Origin: Octopus bimaculoides
Lineage: Eukaryota
Assembly (NCBI RefSeq): GCF_001194135.2
Contig: NC_068986.1
Location: 49,545,863-49,583,155, forward strand
Direction: 5' to 3'
Length of the DNA: 37,293 nucleotides
In this document: in pieces, positions 1-10,899 of the stretch
Position numbering within the stretch: the first letter of the stretch is position 1
Layout of the letters: each line of letters opens with the position of its first letter
The notes under the pieces: model-generated
Seen by the model: only the letters and a program-made list of their open reading frames with translations
Told to the model about the DNA's origin: nothing
The model's database searches: none
Translations under genes and position numbers: made by a program

Positions 1-258
1 TATATATATTCCGTTTATATATTTGTTTTGCAAAATTTTTGATGTGAAATCGTGTGTTGAAACAGATGCTGTTGTATTAGGGGATGGTCATATTGCCAGT
101 TTAGCCAATAAAAACACACGCACTGTATATTTGGTGTTAATTTGCTTCAGCTTTATATTACCTTACATTACACTAATCCTATTTCGGCCAGAGTTCTTTC
201 ATCACACTTCTGTGACCTCATCAGTGGTCCTTTGCATTCTTCTTTCTTATGCGTGTCA
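1..258 (-). mobile_element. Possible Penelope-like terminal repeat (pLTR) fragment carrying a partial hammerhead core
   Basis: Minus strand reads CTGATGA-GGTCA...TGGCC-GAAA at 224-182. Hammerhead cores are typical of Penelope pLTRs. No coding homology recognised. Confidence 0.35.
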
Positions 259-467
259 TGTATGTATGTATGTATGTATGTAAGTATGTATATATATATA
301 TATATGTATGTATGTATGTATGTATTTATGCATGTGTACACATGTATGTGTGTGTATCTGTGTATATACACGTATGTGCGCGTGTGTGTATGTATTTATG
401 CATGTATTATGTATGTATTTATGTATGTATGTATGTATGTATGTATGTATGTACGTATGTATGTATG
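259..467. repeat. Compound (TATG)n/(TA)n/(TG)n microsatellite
   Basis: Direct reading. Confidence 0.95.
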
Positions 468-498
468 ATTATTTTTAATATGTACAATATGTTTTAGT

Positions 499-995
499 CA
501 ATGATCCATTCTTTGTTCTACGTTGATACGTTCCAAACACCACGTGAGAGGTGAAAATCTGCGAAGTAGAAACAGTACTGTACTGTATAAATATGTTTTT
601 TTTATTTTTATAATTTGTATATATTTGTTTTATTATAAACGCAAACCAACACCACACGCTCGTCCCCTACCCGAGTTTCGTTTTCCATACAGTATGTGCA
701 ATTCTTTGTTTGCTCATCTACGGTACAATACGTATTTTCTTTTAATATATTTTAATTAATGTATCATACAGTGCAGTACTGTATTTTTATTTATCAGTTT
801 ATTAATTTTTAGGCGTGAAAATGCTTATTTTACCACAGAAATAATTAAAATCTAAAAAGATATAATTACCTATCGGTTGCAGAAACCTGCGATAAACTGA
901 GGAGTTCACGATATAAATTTACATACATTAGCCAGAAAAATCCGCAATGTACTGAGGGCGTGATAGGTGAACCGCGATATTTCAAGCGATTGCTG
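499..995 (+). mobile_element. Tigger/pogo-like non-autonomous DNA transposon (MITE), degenerate
   Basis: Right end GAACCGCGATATTTCAAGCGATTGCTG followed by TA; degenerate left end CAATGATCC. Bases ~520-660 are homologous, inverted, to 18185-18344. Confidence 0.6.
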
Positions 996-1380
996 TATTC
1001 CGTGCAATAGCTATAAATGTTCATAATAAACATTATTATTCACGTTCAATGCAAGCATTCCTGAAGGAAAATGCTTCTTGTGTGGACACGAAGAGGCACG
1101 ACACAGTCTTCTGAGGTTTCCAATCTGTAATTTCAAATTATTTCTGTCATTTTTTTGTGTGTTTTTTCTGCTTAAAGCATGAAATACATGCATGCTGTGT
1201 AAATAGGCTGAAATTGAGTATTCGATACCTTTCAGAAAGTTAAACATAAAAAGTAAGAGGAATATAGTGAAATATATGAAATAGAATCAATCATTAATAG
1301 CGGAATAAGTGTAAATACATATAAATATAGTGTACTTAATATATGTTGAAGATATATAGCGTATTATATATACATAGATA

Positions 1381-1537
1381 GGCGCAGGAGTAGCTGTGTA
1401 GTAAGAAGCTTCCCAATCACATAGTTCTGGGTTCAGTCCCACTGCGTTGCACCTTGGCCTTCTACTATAGTCTCGGGCCGACCAAAGGGTTGTGAGTGGA
1501 TTTGGCAGACGGGAATTGAAAGACGCTCGTCGTGTAA

Positions 1538-1596
<59 letters not shown>

Positions 1597-1832
1597 CATG
1601 TATGTATGTATGCATGTAAATATGTATTTGTGTGTAAATGTTTGTCGCCCATCATCGTTTGACAACCGATGTTGGTGTGTTTACTCCCGTAACATAGCGG
1701 TTCGGCAGAAGAACCCGATAGAATAAGTACTAGGCTTACAAACAATAAGTCCTGGGATCCATTTATTCGATTAAAATGTGGTACTTCAACATGGCCGCAG
1801 TCATATCACTGAAACAAGTAAAATAGTAAAGA
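1381..1832 (+). mobile_element. tRNA-derived SINE, family A, near full length, with internal (TG)n
   Basis: Head GGCGCAGGAGTAGCTGTGTAGTAAG...GGTTCAGTCCC (A/B-box-like), body CTATAGTCTCGGGCCGACCAAAG, tail ATGGCCGCAGTC..ACTGAAACAAGTAAA. Many homologues in the window. Confidence 0.85.
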
Positions 1833-2090
1833 GTATACATTAATGCGATTTACCAATGAGGAGAAAGAGAAAGTTCATTTGATCATCAGAATTTATGAAC
1901 ATAAAAACATTTTAGTTGATCATTATGAGTGACAGAAGTGAACAGAATGGATTTTCGAACATAAAGAATAAACAAAAGAGACGAGTCCGAGTTGAATAAT
2001 TTAGAGCTTGTATTGAATGAGTTGGAAAGAAAATTCTATAAAATGGAACGAATTAAACAGCTTCAAATGAGTAAATGTTCTTCACAAAAA

Positions 2091-2208
2091 ACTGTGTGGT
2101 AAGAAGCTTGCTTCCCAGCGCGTGGTAAGAGGTTTGCTATTCAACCACGAGGTTCCAGGTTCAGTCCTACTGTGTGGCATCCTTGAGCAAGTGTTTTCTA
2201 TATATATA

Positions 2209-2249
<41 letters not shown>

Positions 2250-2667
2250 TAAGAAGCTTGCTTTCCAGCGTGTGNNNNNNNNNNNNNNNNNNNNNNNNNN
2301 NNNNNNNNNNNNNNNNNNNNNNNNNNNNNNNNNNNNNNNNNNNNNNNNNNNNNNNNNNNNNNNNNNNNNNNNNNNNNNNNNNNNNNNNNNNNNNNNNNNN
2401 NNNNNNNNNNNNNNNNNNNNNNNNNNNNNNNNNNNNNNNNNNNNNNNNNNNNNNNNNNNNNNNNNNNNNNNNNNNNNNNNNNNNNNNNNNNNNNNNNNNN
2501 NNNNNNNNNNNNNNNNNNNNNNNNNNNNNNNNNNNNNNNNNNNNNNNNNNNNNNNNNNNNNNNNNNNNNNNNNNNNNNNNNNNNNNNCTAAAAGAAGCCG
2601 ATAGAATAAGTACCAGGCTTTAAAATATAAGCAGTGGGATCGATTCGAGAACTCTTCAAGGCGGTGT
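2091..2667 (+). mobile_element. SINE family A pieces (repeated heads, tail after the gap)
   Basis: Repeated TAAGAAGCTTGCTT(C/T)CCAGCG heads before the gap; GATAGAATAAGTACCAGGCT..TTCAAGGCGGTG tail after it. Confidence 0.6.
2275..2587. other. Assembly gap (N-run); other gaps at 6496-6971, 11740-11810, 12614-13080, 24330-24361 and 27024-27225
   Basis: Direct reading. Confidence 1.
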
Positions 2668-2721
2668 ACATTACATGTATTGACAACAAACACACATGAA
2701 TATTTTAGCGGGAAGAAATAC

Positions 2722-2737
2722 ATGTGTGTGTGTGTGT

Positions 2738-2792
<55 letters not shown>

Positions 2793-2840
2793 ATGTATGT
2801 ATGTATGTATGTATGTATGTATGTACGCATGTATGTATGT
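2722..2840. repeat. (TG)n then (TATG)n microsatellite
   Basis: Direct reading. Confidence 0.95.
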
Positions 2841-3399
2841 CTCTTCTATTTTCTGATTATTATAAATCTTCCACTGAAGAGGGAGCCGGTTTCCAACAAA
2901 GATAGAAAGTTCCGTCTTTGAGATGTTGTTAACACAGACAAATTCACATTTGGAATTAGAGAAAGTCTTGCATATTTTTACTGTTCCACTCATAGATTAC
3001 ACTTGTAATGTACAAATTAGCCGGTCGATTTCTCTTTCTGAAAATCCCAGTTTATCCAGATTCTCCTTTAAGCATTTACTAACAAAATCTAGTACTCTAA
3101 TTATTATTGGTATGAATATGAATTCATAATCTGGATATAGAAGCTGGAAGTTTCGAAGTAGTTGTCCATAGACATCCTCTTTTTCTTTGATTCTCGAAGA
3201 AATAGTTATATCTACAGGGCAGCTAACCTCTATGATGGTACATATCTTTGCCCTTCCGTCCCAAACAACAATATCCAGTCTTTTATGTTTACATTTGACA
3301 GAAGTCTTGATGGGAATAATCCACCAGTATTCCTTGAGTTGGTGTTTATGAATGTATTTTATAACAGGGGGATATTTAAAGTTTATTTCAGGACAGTCT
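2841..3399 (-). mobile_element. 5'-truncated RLE-type non-LTR retrotransposon (R4/Dong-like, family a): endonuclease region plus 3' UTR
   Basis: Minus strand reads EYWWIIPIKTSVKCKHKRLDIVVWD..IEVSCPVD..KEKEDVYGQLLRNFQLLYPDY. Highly similar to 6060-6495. Both ends abut (TATG)n. Confidence 0.85.
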
Positions 3400-3872
3400 T
3401 TATGTATGTATGTATGTATGTATGTATCTATGTATGTATGAAAATGTTAAAACTTTTCTAGCGTATTTTCCGTTTAATGTCAATATTTCAACTTTCGTTT
3501 GGTTTGTGCTAACGTGCATATTTGTGTATGTATATATATATTTGAATGTGAATGTGTTTATGTGTGAGCGCGCGCGTGTGTATGTATGTGCATGTGTCAG
3601 TGTGTGCGTTTGTGTACGTGCGTGTATTGGTATGCATGTTTGATTGAAAACAGATTTTCTTTGCAGTACATATATCGAAGACACCAAAAGTGAAGTGGAA
3701 AATCTTTCAACTTCTATATATATTGTTGCAAAATGTGGCCTCCTGGCACCAACACGGCTTCAACAACCAAGTCAGCAGCTGGAAAACTGCAGGCCAGCCT
3801 AGCAAGCCAATTTGCTTAGAGAGGAAGAAGTAGAAGATATTGAATCAAAAATTAGATTTAATACAAAATTGG

Positions 3873-3983
3873 ATTCAATACATACGCACGTTTCGAAAGA
3901 CAATACAAATATTTAAGAAAAAATTATAATAATAGTAATTATAATTAAATTTATGCATTGTAATTCTCATCAGTGTGAGGAAT
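3873..3983 (-). ncRNA. Minimal type I hammerhead ribozyme with extended stem II
   Basis: CUGAUGA (3973-3967), G10.1-C11.1 pair (3966/3895), GAAA (3894-3891), minimal stem III C-GUGC-G, GUA cleavage triplet (3885-3883). Stem I is ACA/UGU plus AUUC/GAAU around a 3x3 loop. Confidence 0.7.
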
Positions 3984-4093
3984 TTTTGGAAGAACATCAA
4001 AAAAGGTTTAATAAAATAATATAAGATACAATAAGGGAGAATACAGATGGAGTAATAGGGAAAATCGGATATTTTCAGACAAACTGTAAAAAG

Positions 4094-4202
4094 GAAGAAG
4101 AAGAAGAAGAAGAAGAAGAAGAAGAAGAAGAAGAAGAAGAAGAAGAAGAAGAAGAAGAAGAAGAAGAAGAAGAAGAAGAAGAAGAAGAAGAAGAAGAAGA
4201 AA
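4094..4202. repeat. (GAA)n, about 36 units
   Basis: Direct reading. Confidence 0.98.
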
Positions 4203-4420
4203 GACATCTAAAATTAAATTCCACCTATGGAATGGTTTCAATGCATAAGTGACAAGAAAAAATCAAAATTCATCCAATTTGACATTGATAGTTATTATCA
4301 ATCGATTAGTCCTATTCTACTTAATAAGGCTCTTATGCTCGCGAAAAATAGGACTAACTTAACAATGAAGGAAATAAAAGTTACACTTGAGGCGAGGGAG
4401 ACCATAATTCATCGCCAAGG
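4203..4420 (+). pseudogene. Penelope-like reverse transcriptase fragment (motif A region)
   Basis: WFQCISDKKKSKFIQFDIDSYYQSISPILLNKALMLAK..EIKVTLEARETII matches the Penelope-type pattern WF..I..K....F..FDI..FYPSI...LL.KAL..A. Confidence 0.7.
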
Positions 4421-4427
4421 AATTACC

Positions 4428-4568
4428 AGGCTGGTGGATTAGCAGAATCGTTTAAGCGTCAAGGAGGGAGGGAGAACTGCATTGCCGTATTTATTCCAGC
4501 TTTTCATAGTCTGAGTTCGAATGTTGCCGAGTTGATCTTTTCTTTTTCATCCTTCCGAAGTTGATATT
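4428..4568 (+). mobile_element. Degenerate SINE family B
   Basis: GCAGAATCGTT..CTGAGTTCGAATGTTGCCGAG..TTTCATCCTTCCGAAGTTGAT resembles the 8126-8365 copy. Confidence 0.45.
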
Positions 4569-4769
4569 TCCTTTTTTTTCCGATTTCTATTTTCTTGCCC
4601 CTCAATTTGTTCATTTTTCCTTCATCTCTTCCTTTTTCCCACCAATGCAAAATGGCCTCAGTAGAAATGACCAGCATCGTCAGCAAAAATCGACCACGTG
4701 ACTCTCTTAATGTTGACACTGCCACCACCAAACTAAAGGGACATAAAAACCATCTTCCCCCAACCACGA

Positions 4770-5530
4770 CTATAACGTCATTCTACTATCATAAACTATA
4801 ATATCACTACACCACCACACAACCACCACCAACACCACCAACACCACACAACCACTGCCACAACCACCATTACTACTACAATTATCTTCATCACCACCAC
4901 CACCACTACTACTACTATCTCCACCACCACCACCATTACTACTACAATTATCTTCACTACCACGACTACTACTACTACTACTATCTCTACCACCACCACC
5001 ACCACAACTACTACTACTACAACAATTATCTTCACCACCACCACCACTAGCACTACTACTACAACTTGTAGTAGTAGTAGTAGTAGTAGTAATGTATTAT
5101 TTGTAGCAGTCGTAATGCAGCAGGCACGCCTATCACCAGCATCACCATTGTCACCATTGTCATCACTGTTATTACTACTACACCACGACTACAACCAGTA
5201 CTTTAATAGGTAAAACGACCTACACTGCAGTTACAACCTCTACAACAATTACCACTACAACAACACAACTAGTAGTGCTCCGGACACCGCCACAAGTAAA
5301 ACTATTGCCAGTACTACTCTAACCACTTTCTGCAGCATTGCCCCCGCCACCACCATTAATAATACCACTAATAAACGCCATTACCACCATCGCTAAAACC
5401 CCAACAACACCACCACAATTATTACCACCGACGCCACCATAGCCGCTACCATCGTCATTACACGGCGAACCCGAGGAGAAAGACTTCACAACTTCTCCCC
5501 AGTCCTCAAGATCCTGCATTACATCATCAA
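4770..5530. repeat. Degenerate (ACC/ACT/ACA)n low-complexity field with a higher-order block
   Basis: ACTACTACAATTATCTTCA(CC)n-type block occurs three times, alternating with ACTATCTC blocks. Confidence 0.85.
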
Positions 5531-5574
5531 AGTCACGCATTTTCTTTCCGATTCTCTTGTAATGACATTTGTAT

Positions 5575-5750
5575 GCCATAGCCGCAAGTTCGCTTTGCAG
5601 TCACGTTGTTACAAGTTCTGTGATATTGCATGGCACTTTGGGCGTGTATCTTCAACTACAGCCTCGGGCCAAGCAAAATCCTTGTCTGCAACTTTGACAG
5701 AAATTGTGTGAAAGCCCGTCGGGTATGTATACATATATACACATACATAC
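5575..5750 (+). mobile_element. Degenerate 5' half of SINE family A, interrupted by a LINE
   Basis: TGGCACTTTGGGCGTGTATCTTCAACTACAGCCTCGGGCC..GAAAGCCCGTCG, then a microsatellite. Confidence 0.55.
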
Positions 5751-6495
5751 AAGACAGTAGAATTGACACGAAGCGCAGCCTCTCTTGGACACAAGACCGC
5801 TACATCACATTACACTTTGAGGGCGATGCGTTTACAATCCAGGAACAGGAGATTGCCACAAAGTACCTGGTGAACAAGAGAGACAGTAACGCTCTTGTAA
5901 TCCCAACGTGCAACCTCATGTGTACGCTATGTCATGTTTCTGTGGAAGACATCACGCAAGTGATTAGCAGCTGTCCTAAAATTTCTCACGGTACTACCTC
6001 CTCATGCGGCACGATGTTGTTGCTAAAACAATTTACAATGCTATCCCCCCCAACAAAAAAAAGCAGACTTTCCTGAAATAAACTTAGAAAATCCTTGTTA
6101 TGGAATACATTTATAAACACGAACCCAAGGAATACTGGTGGAATATTCCCATCAAAACTTCTGTCAAATGTAAACATAAAAGACCGGACATTGTTGTTTG
6201 GGACAGAAGGGCAGAGATATGTACCGTCATAGAGGTCAGCTGCCCTGCAGATATGAATATCTCTTTGAAAATCAAAGAAAAAGAAAATATCTATGGACAA
6301 CTGCTTCGAAACCTCCAGCTTCTGTATCCAGACTATGAATTCATATTCATACCAATAATAATTGGAGCATTAGGCTTTGTTAGTAAATGCTTAAAGGAGA
6401 ATCTAGATAAACTGGAATTTTCAGAAAGAGAAATCGACCGGCTAATTCGTACATTACAAGTGTAATCTGTGAGTGGAACAGTAAAAGTATGCAAG
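5751..6495 (+). mobile_element. RLE-type non-LTR retrotransposon (R4/Dong-like, family a): CCHC zinc knuckle, RHD motif and PD-(D/E)xK endonuclease, frameshifted
   Basis: CTLCHVSVEDITQVISSCP (zinc knuckle, H>Q); MRHDVVAKTIYNAI in a shifted frame; KHKRPDIVVWD..IEVSCPAD..KEKENIYG. Runs into the gap. Confidence 0.9.
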
Positions 6496-7091
6496 NNNNN
6501 NNNNNNNNNNNNNNNNNNNNNNNNNNNNNNNNNNNNNNNNNNNNNNNNNNNNNNNNNNNNNNNNNNNNNNNNNNNNNNNNNNNNNNNNNNNNNNNNNNNN
6601 NNNNNNNNNNNNNNNNNNNNNNNNNNNNNNNNNNNNNNNNNNNNNNNNNNNNNNNNNNNNNNNNNNNNNNNNNNNNNNNNNNNNNNNNNNNNNNNNNNNN
6701 NNNNNNNNNNNNNNNNNNNNNNNNNNNNNNNNNNNNNNNNNNNNNNNNNNNNNNNNNNNNNNNNNNNNNNNNNNNNNNNNNNNNNNNNNNNNNNNNNNNN
6801 NNNNNNNNNNNNNNNNNNNNNNNNNNNNNNNNNNNNNNNNNNNNNNNNNNNNNNNNNNNNNNNNNNNNNNNNNNNNNNNNNNNNNNNNNNNNNNNNNNNN
6901 NNNNNNNNNNNNNNNNNNNNNNNNNNNNNNNNNNNNNNNNNNNNNNNNNNNNNNNNNNNNNNNNNNNNNNNGTAACTGAAACAAATTAAAGATAATAAAA
7001 AAAAACTAGGAGAGCAAGCAAGTTTTATCACCAGGTGGCCGATGTTTCCAGCTGGACAAATGATGACGTTGTTCCATTCTTTGTTGTAAAC

Positions 7092-7405
7092 CACTAGTTC
7101 TCAACCGGAGTCCATATAAGATTTTATGGGGTCCACGCAACAAAAAAGTAAATTGGAGATCCACAAAGCATTTTGCTTTAGATGTATGTATTGGTATGTA
7201 TTGCACGAAACAATTAGGTTTCTGTCTCTAACATTTTACATAGTTCAACCTACACAAGTTTAATGCGTAGAAAACAAAATAGGAATTTTAAAAGAAGTTT
7301 CTATAAAACTAGTTTTTAAACATCGAATGGCTAAGGGTGGGACACCAGAATAAAATAGCAATCAAAGGGGTCTATAGACAAAAAAGAATAGTTAAAAATC
7401 CCCTG
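7092..7405 (+). mobile_element. hAT-type MITE
   Basis: Degenerate TIRs CACTAGTTCTCAACC / AGTTAAAAATCCCCTG, subterminal GGGGTC(C/T)A motifs, 8-bp flanks TTGTAAAC / CTGTGAAG (5/8 identical). Confidence 0.55.
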
Positions 7406-7947
7406 CTGTGAAGTGATGCCCAGCAAATTGTATTCTATACCTGCACACTTTGTGAAATGAGTGGTGAAGTCCTATAAATTTATTTTAGTGACGGATGTGG
7501 GTTTTCGCGAAAGAATTTATACCCTGCAACAAGTCGAGTACAACAATCATCTATCATTTATGAAGCTTTATAGGAAATATCCGTGTCCTTTGAACTGTCC
7601 AGAACAGACTCAACGAGAGCAATGAAAATATTGATTTTTAAAGAATCCGCTTTAAACCAGGTGTCTAAATATTAGCCAAATTATTGCAAGCTGATTAGGC
7701 CATTCCCTTCTTGGGTGAAAGAATATATTTTTTCTGAGACCTGCAGGTGCGAACCAATTTGTATTTGATAGCATAAAAGACGCATTCCAATTCCAGCAGC
7801 GTATATTCAGAAAAAAAGTTCTTTTGTGCATTAAATTGTCTAATGTAGGCCCATTTCGCATAAGGCTCCGGAGTGATATTTTTAGAGTAAAAATGTGCTA
7901 CTACTATTTTTACTACTACTAAGCTAAGGGACAGACACAAACCAACG

Positions 7948-8100
7948 CCGGTTCAAATTACGCCGAGGTCAGCTTTGCCTTTCATCCTTTCGGGGTCGAT
8001 AAAATAAGTACCAGTTGAGCACTGAAGTCGATCTAATCAGCTTACTCATTACTTCGAAATTGCTGGTTTGGTGCCAAATTTTGAAACCAATATAAAGAAA
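7948..8100 (+). mobile_element. SINE family B, 3' half
   Basis: TTCAAATTACGCCGAGGTCAGCTTTGCCTTTCATCCTTTCGGGGTCGATAAAATAAGTACCAG core (resembles the Meta/V-type SINE domain). Confidence 0.85.
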
Positions 8101-8125
8101 TCGAAGTTATTATTACTACTGCTAA

Positions 8126-8365
8126 GGCGATGAGATGGCAGAATCGTTATCAGGCCGGACGAAATGCTTAGCCGTATTTCGGCCGTAGCTACGTTCTGAG
8201 TTCAAATTCCGCTGAGGTCGACTTTGCCTTTTATCCTTTCGGGGTCGATAAAATAAGTTCCAGTGAAATACTGGGGTCGATGTAATCGACTAGTCCCTTC
8301 CCTCCACCCCACTACAAATTTTTTTAAAATTCAGGTCTTGTGCCTTCAGTAGAAACGATTATTAC
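8126..8365 (+). mobile_element. SINE family B, full length
   Basis: Head GGCGATGAGATGGCAGAATCGTTA, B-box-like GAGTTCAAATTCC, same core, ATT tail. Confidence 0.9.
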
Positions 8366-8371
8366 TGCTGC

Positions 8372-8572
8372 GGTCAGCATGCCGTACAAAACGTTTAACG
8401 GCATTTCGTCCGTCTTTATATTCAGAGTTCAAAATTCCGCCGAGGTCAACTTTGTTTTCATCCCTTTAGGGTCAGTAAAATAAGTACCAGTTAAATGTTT
8501 CGGTCTATGCAATTGACTTACCCCCACTCCTGAAATTGCTGGCCTTGTGCCAAAATGTGAAATCATTATTAT
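8372..8572 (+). mobile_element. SINE family B, 5'-truncated
   Basis: Same core; tail AAATTGCTGGCCTTGTGCCAAAATGTGAAATCATTATT. Confidence 0.8.
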
Positions 8573-9379
8573 CGCCGCTATAAATATAGAGAAATGGATT
8601 TGTTATGTATCTTGTATATTATCGTAAATAACCTAATCTAACTGTACCAAACTTAACCTATCCTATCATTATGGTAGATTAGATTAGATGAAGCATAGTT
8701 AGGATTAGTTAATTTGTGAAAATGCGCAACATATGTATAGTTATCAGTGTCTCTCGGACAACCTTTTGGTAGGCTTCCTGTTCAACACAGACTAGAAATT
8801 TTAAGAAACTCCTAATAATTTGCAAACGAAAAAACAATCAAATATGTGTAATCAATGCATATTTTTCCTTGTTCCTTAATTTCAAAGTTAAACTTAATCC
8901 ATGCAAATGTGACGAAGAAATGAATATCCCACTTGTATTAACTGTCCGCGAAGGGACACCACGTAAGGGATTTTTTTTCCCCTATTAATATACGAGATAT
9001 GTAGTGGAATTTATTTACACTTTTAAATTAAAACATAAAAATCCACTGCAGGCAAATATAAAAATTTTATTTGAAATAAAAAATATATTCTTGTGTTTTT
9101 TTTATGCTTGACATGGGATTGCTGTCACCATTAATAATTTAATAAATGTTTGAAATAAAACTGTAGGCAATGCATGTGAGGAGTTAAGCAAAATATGTAA
9201 GTTAATGTCGATCCTATAAAATCTTTTCCTGAAATATTATAGAATCATTAAACAACCTATATAAAGTAATACAACATCTTTTCTTCTTTGTTTTTATTTA
9301 TTAATATTATCTTATATTTTACTGAACTTCTCATCAGCATTGCTCAAAGGTTTCGTACATACTTATCTACTTTACACAT

Positions 9380-9600
9380 ATTGTAATGCTTCAAGCAAAT
9401 TTGAAAAAATTTTTGCCTACCGATCTGTATATCATACTTAAAGCATATACATCGTTGAAGGATCGATAAACTGCGATATTCGTCTAAAGAAAGCATCTTT
9501 CACAGAAGAACAATGCTAAAAAACACAGAACTATATCAGTAACAGGGGAAAATCTTCCAGCTGTAGTGATGGCCAAATACGCATTTCTACCTATTAGGGC
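9380..9600 (-). pseudogene. Possible highly decayed hAT transposase C-terminal remnant
   Basis: Minus frame RFSPVTDIVLCFLALFFCERCF resembles the hAT dimerisation motif. Weak. Confidence 0.25.
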
Positions 9601-10092
9601 TTCGTCAGTAGCAAGTATCTGCTGACGTAATGCAGTATACAAGTGTTACAAACTGTGTACAGACAAACATGCACAAATCCGCACTAATTAGTCATGTGAA
9701 ACTTGTAAAACAGAAAGGTTGAGCAAAGTAAAATTAATTTTCAAATATATATAGAAAACTAGCTTCCAAAATATGGAAGTGAAACATTTGAAACTAAATA
9801 TAGTCTACAAAAAATGTGTCTCTTCAATATTCGATCGGTATTTCATTAAAATGGTAAAAATAAATATTTTAAGAAGTTACAGTCAGTCGAAAGAGTCTCA
9901 TTGAGCGGTTAAGCTCTACAAAACAAAATATAAGAGTCTCAATCAAAACCGATCCTATAATATTCACGAATTAACTAATGTCAGTATCACAAAACTAATG
10001 CTTTTATGTGTGTGATAATTTTCCTAAAAGCATCAAAGACAGTAAACAACATTCTTAAGGGTAATTCCTGCTGTATCAACAATTGTTCTTTC

Positions 10093-10491
10093 ATTCTTTT
10101 ATTCTTTTACACGTTTCAGTCATTTGACTGCGGCCATGCTGGAGCACCGCCTTAAAGGGTTTTAGTCGAAGAAATCTACCCCAGGACTTATTCTTTGTAA
10201 GCCTAGTACTTATTCTATCGACATCCTTTGCCGAACCGCTAAGTTACGGGGACATAAACACACCAAAATTGGTTGTCAAGCGACGGTGTGGGGGTGGGGA
10301 AACACAGACACACACGCATATATTATATATACGACAGGCTTTCAGTTTTTGTCTGCCAAATCCACTCATAAGGCTTCGGTCGGCCCGAGGCTATAGTAGA
10401 AGCCATTTGCCTAAGGTTCCACGCAGTGGGACTGAACCCGGAACCATATGGTTGGGAAGTAAGCCTCTTACCACACAGCCACTCCTGCGCC
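10093..10491 (-). mobile_element. SINE family A, full length
   Basis: Complete reverse-complement copy: head GGCGCAGGAGTGGCTGTGTGGTAAG, B-box GGTTCAGTCCC, tail CAGTCAAATGACTGAAAC..(AAAAGAAT)n. Confidence 0.92.
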
Positions 10492-10899
10492 TATTTGGCG
10501 GAAGTTTTATAATTTCTTTTTTTTACTGTACAACTATAATTGTTTTAAGAACATTTATCTACATATTTACAGTGGACAGATGGAATAAATAATGTTAACG
10601 GGCAGTTTCGATATTCAAAACTATGAACCCACGTAATACATTTGTAAAATATAATACTTTGATTCGTGCAGTATTTACTGTTAGTACTTGAAACAAATTT
10701 TGGTAAACCAAAACTGAAACGTTTACAATAGCTACATTTATTAACGAACTTTACGAAAATTGCTACATTATTAACAAGCAAATTTATACCCAACTAACCC
10801 CCTCTCCCCTCCATGCAAAATTGGAGCAATGACATTATTGATTTGACTCACGCATTTTGCTCCATGAAGCTTAACCATTCAAGTAGATTCCATTTACTG

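Noticed and set aside
1853-2030. Myb/MADF-like peptide RFTNEEKEK
   Set aside because: A stop occurs after about 30 codons and no conserved tryptophans were seen.
3965-4090. Upstream continuation of the Penelope RT ORF on the plus strand
   Set aside because: It needs several frameshifts and overlaps the better-supported minus-strand hammerhead repeat.
8628-8712. Telomere-like CCTAA/TTAGG inverted arrays
   Set aside because: Too degenerate and short; more likely a transposon subterminal remnant.
9318-9345. Other CTGATGA occurrences as hammerheads (also near 1887, 17050, 17990 and 27678)
   Set aside because: No G-C-closed stem II followed by GAAA and NUH.
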